From NCBI GenBank assembly GCA_964493715.1, contig CAZBPC010000007.1, positions 57,710 through 76,079 on the forward strand: a DNA stretch of 18,370 bases, written 5' to 3'. The position numbers and the translations under genes are program-made. The stretch is from an uncultured archaeon. Its GTDB lineage: Archaea > Asgardarchaeota > Lokiarchaeia > Sigyniarchaeales > SOKP01. A model generated the notes under the pieces. That model made no database searches, was not told the DNA's origin, and was given only the letters and a program-made list of their open reading frames with translations. Positions 7,226 through 13,876 of this stretch are shown here, one piece after another (position 1 is the stretch's first letter; every line of letters begins with the position of its first letter).

Positions 7226-8491
7226 ATAATAGAGTCAAAAAGGGACACAGAACGGAAAAAATTATTTGATGATACCTTAAAATATCTTGGTAAGATTTAT
7301 GATCCAAACTTAAGGGAACTTTTAAAAAAGTGTTATCAATGTGGTCGTTGTTCAGGTGTTTGTCAATTAAGTAAAGTGCAAAAATATACTCCGAGTAAAA
7401 TAATTCAACTTATTTTAGAAGGTTTTGAAGATAAAGTTCTTGATAGTGGTGATTTATGGGATTGTTTAACATGCAATCAATGTCTTAAAGACTGTCCCGA
7501 AGATATTAATTTTGCAGACATTGTCAGAACAGCAAGGTATTTAATGCGACATAGGGACCAATCTGTCGATGAGTATGTTGCTCATAAAGGAATATATACA
7601 ACTCTTTCTGAAATAATGAGTAGACCTTATATAAATCCCGAAAGAAACATGGAGTGGGTCCCAAAAGGTTGTAAAATCTCAGACAAAGGAAACATATTAT
7701 ATTATGTAGGGTGTTTGCCCTTTTTTAACTATGAATTTGAAGGTTTAGATACAATTGCTAAAAGTACCTTGCAAATTATGTGCAAAGTTGAAAATGAGCC
7801 TATAGTTGTTTTATCCGAAGAGACTTGTTGCGGACACGATATCTATTGGGGGCAAGGTAAATTAAAAACGTTTATCAAGCTAGCAAAAAAGAATATAGAC
7901 AAATTTGAAAAAACAGGAATTTCAAAGATTGTGACTGCCTGTGCGGAATGCTATAGAACATTTAAGATTGATTATGCTCAATTATTTGAGGAGTTTGAGT
8001 CGAAATTTGAAGTTAAACATCTCATCGAATATATTTACGATAATTGGAAGGAAGGAACCATTGAATTTGTAAAACCCAATAAATCCGAAGAAATCACGCC
8101 TTTTACTTACCATGATCCATGTAGGTTGAGTAGATTTTTATCCAAGGAGAACGACATTACAGGGATGACTCGGGAAATTTTCAAGGAATTCGAAAAATTA
8201 GGTTATAAATTTAATGAAATGAAGCATAACAAGGAAAACTCATTATGTTGTGGAGTCAATTCCTGGATGAATTGCAATGAAAAATCAAAAGCATTAAGAT
8301 ATACGCGAATGTTAGAGGCAAAAGAAGCTGGAACGATAATGGTTACATCTTGTCCTAAGTGTAACATTCATTTGAGCTGTCTTCAAAATGATTTCGAAGA
8401 TATAGCCTCTATTGAGATATTAGATTTTTCCGAATTTTTAGTTAATCACATTAAAGTTAATAAACCAAGGAAGAAGGAGGAGTCTAAGTAA
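7226..8491 (+). CDS. HdrD-like Fe-S oxidoreductase (HdrC-type 2x[4Fe-4S] domain plus two CCG domains); probable non-canonical ATA start at 7226 or 7229
   Basis: In-frame CYQCGRCSGVC (7331-7363) lies upstream of the track start 7376 and pairs with LWDCLTCNQCLKDCP. CCG domains: YYVGC...CCG...TACAEC and YHDPC...CCG...TSCPKC. GAGGAG at 7214-7219. Stop TAA overlaps the next ATG (TAATG). The exact start is uncertain. Confidence 0.82.
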   Translation: MIESKRDTERKKLFDDTLKYLGKIYDPNLRELLKKCYQCGRCSGVCQLSKVQKYTPSKIIQLILEGFEDKVLDSGDLWDCLTCNQCLKDCPEDINFADIVRTARYLMRHRDQSVDEYVAHKGIYTTLSEIMSRPYINPERNMEWVPKGCKISDKGNILYYVGCLPFFNYEFEGLDTIAKSTLQIMCKVENEPIVVLSEETCCGHDIYWGQGKLKTFIKLAKKNIDKFEKTGISKIVTACAECYRTFKIDYAQLFEEFESKFEVKHLIEYIYDNWKEGTIEFVKPNKSEEITPFTYHDPCRLSRFLSKENDITGMTREIFKEFEKLGYKFNEMKHNKENSLCCGVNSWMNCNEKSKALRYTRMLEAKEAGTIMVTSCPKCNIHLSCLQNDFEDIASIEILDFSEFLVNHIKVNKPRKKEESK

Positions 8492-11400
8492 TGCAAGGAA
8501 GCGTATTAGTAATAGGTGGAGGCATAGCCGGCATCCAAACTAGCCTTGATCTCACAGAATTAGGATTTAAAGTCTATCTCGTTGAGAGGAATCCTTCTAT
8601 TGGAGGTAGAATGGCACAACTTGATAAAACCTTCCCTACAAATGACTGTTCATTATGTATATTGGCTCCCAAGATGGTTGAAGTGTTTAGAAACCCGAAT
8701 ATCGAGCTAATGACGTATCATGAGCTAAAAGCAGTATCTGGGACTCCAGGCGATTTTATAGCAACTATTATTAAGAAACCTCGGTATATTGATGAAACAA
8801 GATGCAAAGGTTGTGGAGATTGTGCTGCGAAATGTCCTAAGATCCAAGTTCCCAATCTCTTTGACATGAATTTAGGAAAAAGAAAGTCTGCTTATATACC
8901 ATTTCCTCAAGCAGTCCCTCCAATTTATCTCATTGATCCTGAAATATGCCTAAAATTAACTAAAGGCGTATGTGGGGTATGTGCTAAGGTATGCCAAGCT
9001 GAGGCAATTAATTTTGAACAAGTAGAACAAGAGATAAAGATAAATGTGGGAGCAATTGTGGTTGCTACGGGATTTGATATGCCTGCTGAAAAATTATCTT
9101 CAAGGTGGGGATATAGATTTGAGAATGTTGTAAGTGCTTTGGAATATGAAAGAATATTATGTGCTTCAGGACCCTTTGGTGGTCACGTGTTAAGACCGGG
9201 TGATCATGAAGAACCTGAAAAAATCGCATTCATTCAGTGCGCAGGTTCAAGAGATCTACACGAAGGAATCCGATATTGTTCTAGCGTGTGTTGCATGTAT
9301 ACCGCTAAAGAAGCCATCATCACTGCAGAACATTCAGAAAAATCAAAATGCTTTGTTTTCAGGCATGACATTCGTGCTTTTGGGAAGAATTTTTATGAAT
9401 TCACGCAAAGAGCACAAAAGGAATATGGTGTAAAATATATTCAGACTAAAATCAGCAAGATAGAAGAAAATCCTGAAACGAAGAATTTGACAATTCACTA
9501 TGAAAATTTAAAAACGGGAGAATTTGATGATTTTGAAGCTAATTTAGTGGTTTTAGCCACTCCATTGGTTCATTCATCCGGAAGTCAAGAGTTATCGGAA
9601 ATATTAGGAATTGAAGTAGATGAGTATAATTTTTTTAGAGAGTTAGATTATTATAACAAATCAAAATCAACAAAAGAAGGGATCTATTTATGTGGTTTTT
9701 GTCAAGGTCCAATGGACATCCCAGAGACCGTTGCAGATTCGAGTGGAGTAGCTGGACAAGTTGCAACTTACTTAAATTCAGTAAAGTTTGAACAAATTAA
9801 AGAAAAGGATATAGAAATCCCCGAATTGGGAATTAAAGATGATGATGAACCGAGAATAGGCGTGTTGATATGTCATTGTGGAATTAATATTGGTAAATAC
9901 GTACACGTTCCTTTATTGGCTGAATACGTGCGAGCTTTACCAAATGTAATTCAATGTGAAGACAATCTTTACTCTTGTTCATCAGATAGCCAAGCAAGAA
10001 TTAAAGAACTCATTATCAATAACAAATTAAATAGATTTATTGTGGCTTCTTGTACCCCAAGAACTCATGAAGCATTATTTCAAGAGACTTGTGTGGAAGC
10101 AGGTTTGAATAAATACTTGTTTGAAATGGTCAACATTCGAGACCAATGTTCCTGGGTTCACATGGACGATGCGGAAGCAGCGACACAAAAAGCTAAAGAT
10201 TTGATAAGAATGGCAGTTGCTAAAGCACGATTATTAAAGCCCCTGAAAGAAGAATTGTTAAAAATCACCCCTACAGCATTAATCATTGGTGGTGGAATCG
10301 CAGGAATGACTGCTGCCTTAAATACAGCCAATCAAGGGTTTAAAACATTCATAGTTGAAAAGGAAACCGTTCTTGGGGGAAATTTAAATTACTTAAACGA
10401 GCTGTACCCATTCGAACAAGATGCTTCGGATTTCCTTAATCGAACCATAGATACAATCGAGAAGAATGAGAACATTCAAACGTTCTTGAATGCTAAAATA
10501 AAGAAAGTCAAGGGATACGTGGGAAACTATGTTGTCTCAGTAGAGGAATCTAATGGAAATGTCCAAGAATTAAGCATTGGAACAATCATCGTTGCCACGG
10601 GAGGCAAAGAATATAAACCCAAAGATCTCTTTCAATACAAAAAGGAGAATAAGAATGTTATAACTCAACTAGAGTTAGAGCAATTATTAAAAGAAAAAGG
10701 GAAATCGTGGCTTGATGATATCAACCGTATCACTACAATTTTATGCGTAAATGCAAGACAAAATGAAGGAATAACCTATTGCTCTAATATATGCTGTGGT
10801 AATTCAATCAAGAATATAGGACTTCTAAAGAAGCTTAAACCGGAACTTGAATTGATTGTCCTTTATAGAGATCTACAAATGGCAAAGAAAAGATATGAAG
10901 ATTATTACCGAGAACGTAGAAAGGATGCAATGTTTTTGCGATATGATTTGGACAACTTGCCGATTGTAAAAAGAAAGAGTAAATCTCCTGAAAAATATGG
11001 AATAAAATATTATGATACGAACTTGCAAGACTTTTTAGAATTTGAAACAGATTTGATCGTATTGTCGACTCCAATGGTTCCATCAGACAATTTGATGGAT
11101 TTAGCTAAAATGTTAAAGGTACCGTTGGATAAAAATGGATTTTTCCTCGAGGCTCATGTTAAATTAAGACCACTCGATTTTGCTACCGAAGGAATATTTC
11201 TATGCGGCTGCGCTCAATGGCCAAAAAATGTCCAAGATACAATATCCCAAGCAAATGGTGCTGCAGGAAGAGCCAGTAGATTTTTAAGTGCTAAAGAAAT
11301 TACCACTTCGGGCATTGTTGCAGAAGTAAATCCAATAAATTGTATAGGTTGCGGAAAATGTGCTAGTGTTTGTGCTTATAATGCCATTGATATTTTAGAT

Positions 11401-11577
11401 TCAATAAAGGAATATGAAGATGTAAGCCTTTTAGTGAAAAAATCGTTCATAAATTCTGCGTTATGCAAGGGATGCGGTACATGTGCAGCGACTTGCCCAA
11501 ACGGAGCGATCTCTATAAAACAATATGATTTTGATCAAATATCTGCAATGATTGAGTCATTTTTATTAGAAACATAA
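8491..11577 (+). CDS. hdrA: Long HdrA-family protein (1028 aa) with two FAD modules and an internally placed HdrA N-terminal-type Fe-S domain; Cys-only
   Basis: GGGIAG at the N-terminus, TNDCSLC, inserted ferredoxin and QCAGSR...CSSVCC. Then RIGVLICHCG...ASCTPRTHE...RDQCSWVH, a second GGGIAG, CSNICC, EAHVKLRP and a C-terminal ferredoxin. AGGAGG at 8475-8480. Confidence 0.92.
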   Translation: MQGSVLVIGGGIAGIQTSLDLTELGFKVYLVERNPSIGGRMAQLDKTFPTNDCSLCILAPKMVEVFRNPNIELMTYHELKAVSGTPGDFIATIIKKPRYIDETRCKGCGDCAAKCPKIQVPNLFDMNLGKRKSAYIPFPQAVPPIYLIDPEICLKLTKGVCGVCAKVCQAEAINFEQVEQEIKINVGAIVVATGFDMPAEKLSSRWGYRFENVVSALEYERILCASGPFGGHVLRPGDHEEPEKIAFIQCAGSRDLHEGIRYCSSVCCMYTAKEAIITAEHSEKSKCFVFRHDIRAFGKNFYEFTQRAQKEYGVKYIQTKISKIEENPETKNLTIHYENLKTGEFDDFEANLVVLATPLVHSSGSQELSEILGIEVDEYNFFRELDYYNKSKSTKEGIYLCGFCQGPMDIPETVADSSGVAGQVATYLNSVKFEQIKEKDIEIPELGIKDDDEPRIGVLICHCGINIGKYVHVPLLAEYVRALPNVIQCEDNLYSCSSDSQARIKELIINNKLNRFIVASCTPRTHEALFQETCVEAGLNKYLFEMVNIRDQCSWVHMDDAEAATQKAKDLIRMAVAKARLLKPLKEELLKITPTALIIGGGIAGMTAALNTANQGFKTFIVEKETVLGGNLNYLNELYPFEQDASDFLNRTIDTIEKNENIQTFLNAKIKKVKGYVGNYVVSVEESNGNVQELSIGTIIVATGGKEYKPKDLFQYKKENKNVITQLELEQLLKEKGKSWLDDINRITTILCVNARQNEGITYCSNICCGNSIKNIGLLKKLKPELELIVLYRDLQMAKKRYEDYYRERRKDAMFLRYDLDNLPIVKRKSKSPEKYGIKYYDTNLQDFLEFETDLIVLSTPMVPSDNLMDLAKMLKVPLDKNGFFLEAHVKLRPLDFATEGIFLCGCAQWPKNVQDTISQANGAAGRASRFLSAKEITTSGIVAEVNPINCIGCGKCASVCAYNAIDILDSIKEYEDVSLLVKKSFINSALCKGCGTCAATCPNGAISIKQYDFDQISAMIESFLLET

Positions 11578-11597
11578 CTATACATTAAGAAGAAATA

Positions 11598-12035
11598 ATG
11601 TCAAAAACTAAATCGAAAGAGAAGTTTCCTGATTTTAACCCAGAAATCTTAGCATTTTGCTGTAATTGGTGTTCTTATGCAGGTGCAGATCTAGCTGGTG
11701 TATCTCGCTTTCAATATCCTCCTAATATTCGAATTGTTAGGGTAATGTGCTCTGGTCGAGTTGATCCTTCTTTTGTTATAAAAGCATTAAAAGACGGAGC
11801 CGATGGGGTTTTAATTACGGGTTGTCACATCGGAGATTGCCACTACATCACTGGAAACGAATATGCTAAGGAAAGGTTTGAAAGGTTGCATGAAATTTTA
11901 ATCAAGCAACTTGGGATAAATCAAAAAAGAGTAAGGTTGGAATGGATAAGTGCTTCGGAAGGAAAGCGGTTCGCAGAGGTAATTACAGAATTCACAAATG
12001 AAATTAAAGAATTAGGACCTCTAAAAGTTCTTTAA
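11598..12035 (+). CDS. mvhD: MvhD-type [2Fe-2S] subunit, Cys-only paralogue
   Basis: [51 protein letters not shown]. Confidence 0.95.
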   Translation: MSKTKSKEKFPDFNPEILAFCCNWCSYAGADLAGVSRFQYPPNIRIVRVMCSGRVDPSFVIKALKDGADGVLITGCHIGDCHYITGNEYAKERFERLHEILIKQLGINQKRVRLEWISASEGKRFAEVITEFTNEIKELGPLKVL

Positions 12036-12118
12036 AATATATGTTTATACCCTTTTTAATTTAGATTTACGTCAGTTTTAAATAAATTTTGATTGATCAC
12101 TTTTATTCAATAATTTTC
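11994..12118 (+). repeat. Direct repeat copy 1 (3' end of mvhD plus downstream sequence)
   Basis: 11994-12038 matches 13585-13630: 24 identical nt, 2 mismatches in 3 nt, 11 identical nt, a 1-nt indel, then TTAAAAT. TGATCACTTTT...AATAATTTTC at 12094-12118 matches 13676-13699. Confidence 0.85.
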
Positions 12119-12318
12119 TCTAACAGAGAATTTAATATATATATTTAATATATCAAATAATATTGGTGCAATGATCTAAATTTGGTTGATTCACGTCCTT
12201 TCATCAAGAACATATAGTAATTAATAAGAAGTGAATTAAACTCGTTAGAAATAGTTTGAAAATATTAAAAATTAGTTAAAATTAAGAAACATTCGCGTAT
12301 TTAATTATAAGAAGTTAA

Positions 12319-12345
12319 AAAAAAATCAAAAAAATCAAAAAAATC
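12319..12345 (+). repeat. Short tandem repeat (AAAAAAATC)x3
   Basis: Three exact 9-nt units about 70 nt upstream of the UroD-family gene. Confidence 0.7.
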
Positions 12346-12415
12346 TTCCATTCTTTTTAGCTACAACTCAATCATTTGATAAAACTTAAATTTAAATAAA
12401 GATTGTTTGGGGATT

Positions 12416-13573
12416 ATGAATAGTCAAGAGAGAGTTTGGGCAGTACTAAACCAAGAACCAACTGATCGAGTTCCAATTCATATAATTACTTTAGATGGGA
12501 AAATATGCGATGAGGTATTAGGAAAACCTGCTCGAACCACATTCGACACTATTGACGAATTAGAGAACCAATATCCTGACGATTGGGTTGAAAGAATTAA
12601 CGGAATACTCACTAATATAGAGATTTCTATATTTTCAAGATCCTTAGAAGCTGCTGCACAGCTTGGATTTGATACAGTTGGGGCGGGATATATTCCTTTT
12701 ATATTCGAGAACAAAAATGATATGTCTGATATTTTTGGGAGAAAATACCAAATCATTAACACCCATGGACATATTATGCCTTATTATATGGATGGTCTAA
12801 TTAAAAACCGTGAAGATTGGGAAAATTTTCCTAAACCCGATTTCTCAAAGATATTTATGGAAGCAAAAAAGCTTTATAAAACTGTACTGAGGAGAAAAAA
12901 AAAATGTGCGAATCCTAATATGTGCATTATGGCTCAAGATGACTATGTATCTGTGTTTCCACCTGTATGGCAGTCAATGGGTATGAATGCATTCGTTAGA
13001 AATTTAAAAAAGGATCCTAAACTAATTGAAGAGATCTTAGATTTTAGTACTGAAATAGTTATAGGGCTATTCAAGACTTATTCTGAACTTGGAGCTAAAG
13101 TATTTTTTGAAGCTAGTGATTTAGCGTTTAGATCCGGACCTCTGCTTAATCCAAAATATATAAATGAATATGTATTACCTTGCATGAAAAGAGTTACTGA
13201 TGAAATCCACAAGTTAGGGGGGAAAATAATTTTTCATTCTGATGGAGATATCACCTGTCTTCTCGATTTTATCGTATCTTCTGGTTTTGATGCTGTTCAT
13301 TGCTTAGAACCTCCTTATGTTAAGCTAGATCCCCTTAAAAAAAAATATGGCGAAAAATTAAGTTTCCTTGGAAATATTGATACTTCACATGTTTTAGTCA
13401 GTGGGACAAAGAGAGAAGTTGAAGATGCGGTGAAATTCGCTATTAAAAACTTAGGACAAGACGGAGGGCTAATAATTTCTCCTACTAATACCCACCCTGC
13501 AATGAATTTAAAGCAAATAGTTTGGATGATTGAAGCTACAAAAAAATATGGTATTTACCCAAGTAAGCTCTAA
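12416..13573 (+). CDS. Uroporphyrinogen decarboxylase-family protein (UroD/MtaA-CmuA methyltransferase-like TIM barrel)
   Basis: Typical N-terminus MNSQERVWAVLNQEPTDRVP (ATG 12416 preferred over TTG 12407). Motifs SDLAFRSGPLLNP, IIFHSDG, HCLEPP, LSFLGNID and GGLIISPTN. Confidence 0.85.
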   Translation: MNSQERVWAVLNQEPTDRVPIHIITLDGKICDEVLGKPARTTFDTIDELENQYPDDWVERINGILTNIEISIFSRSLEAAAQLGFDTVGAGYIPFIFENKNDMSDIFGRKYQIINTHGHIMPYYMDGLIKNREDWENFPKPDFSKIFMEAKKLYKTVLRRKKKCANPNMCIMAQDDYVSVFPPVWQSMGMNAFVRNLKKDPKLIEEILDFSTEIVIGLFKTYSELGAKVFFEASDLAFRSGPLLNPKYINEYVLPCMKRVTDEIHKLGGKIIFHSDGDITCLLDFIVSSGFDAVHCLEPPYVKLDPLKKKYGEKLSFLGNIDTSHVLVSGTKREVEDAVKFAIKNLGQDGGLIISPTNTHPAMNLKQIVWMIEATKKYGIYPSKL

Positions 13574-13584
13574 TATGTATTATT

Positions 13585-13699
13585 ACAAATGAAATTAAAG
13601 AATTAGGATCCCTAAAAGTTCTCTTAAAATTTTATTAAAAATTTACATTAATGACAACATTTCAAAATTTAAAGATGATCACTTTTTCTAATAATTTTC
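13585..13699 (+). repeat. Direct repeat copy 2: non-coding remnant of an mvhD 3' end (would read [13 protein letters not shown])
   Basis: Near-identical to the last 13 codons of mvhD ([13 protein letters not shown]) and its downstream region. Starts 12 nt after the UroD-family stop. Confidence 0.85.
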
Positions 13700-13762
13700 C
13701 AATAATTGTCTAAAAATAGTAATGATTTTTAATTAAATGATCAAATCTTTACAAATTTAAAT

Positions 13763-13777
13763 GAAAATATTTATATA
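13763..13777 (+). promoter_or_regulatory. Candidate BRE/TATA for the third hdrA
   Basis: GAAAATA followed by TTTATATA (13770-13777), about 100 nt upstream of ATG 13877. Confidence 0.3.
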
Positions 13778-13876
13778 ATCGCTTATCCTTATTTTTAGAA
13801 TAACATAAAATAACTTAACTGATTTGTAAGGAATCAGTCTATTTTTTAATGAAATTAATTGGGGTATTTTATAATA

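Noticed and set aside
12319-12345. CRISPR array or IS element
   Set aside because: Only a 27-nt simple tandem repeat with no spacers. No cas, transposase or integrase genes are in the window.
13651-13680. Second SECIS-like pattern ATGAC...AAAATT...TGATC in the duplicated mvhD tail
   Set aside because: No convincing stem between the motifs and no UGA-containing gene nearby. The similar ATGAT...TGAT at 12171-12190 also lacks a proper stem-loop.
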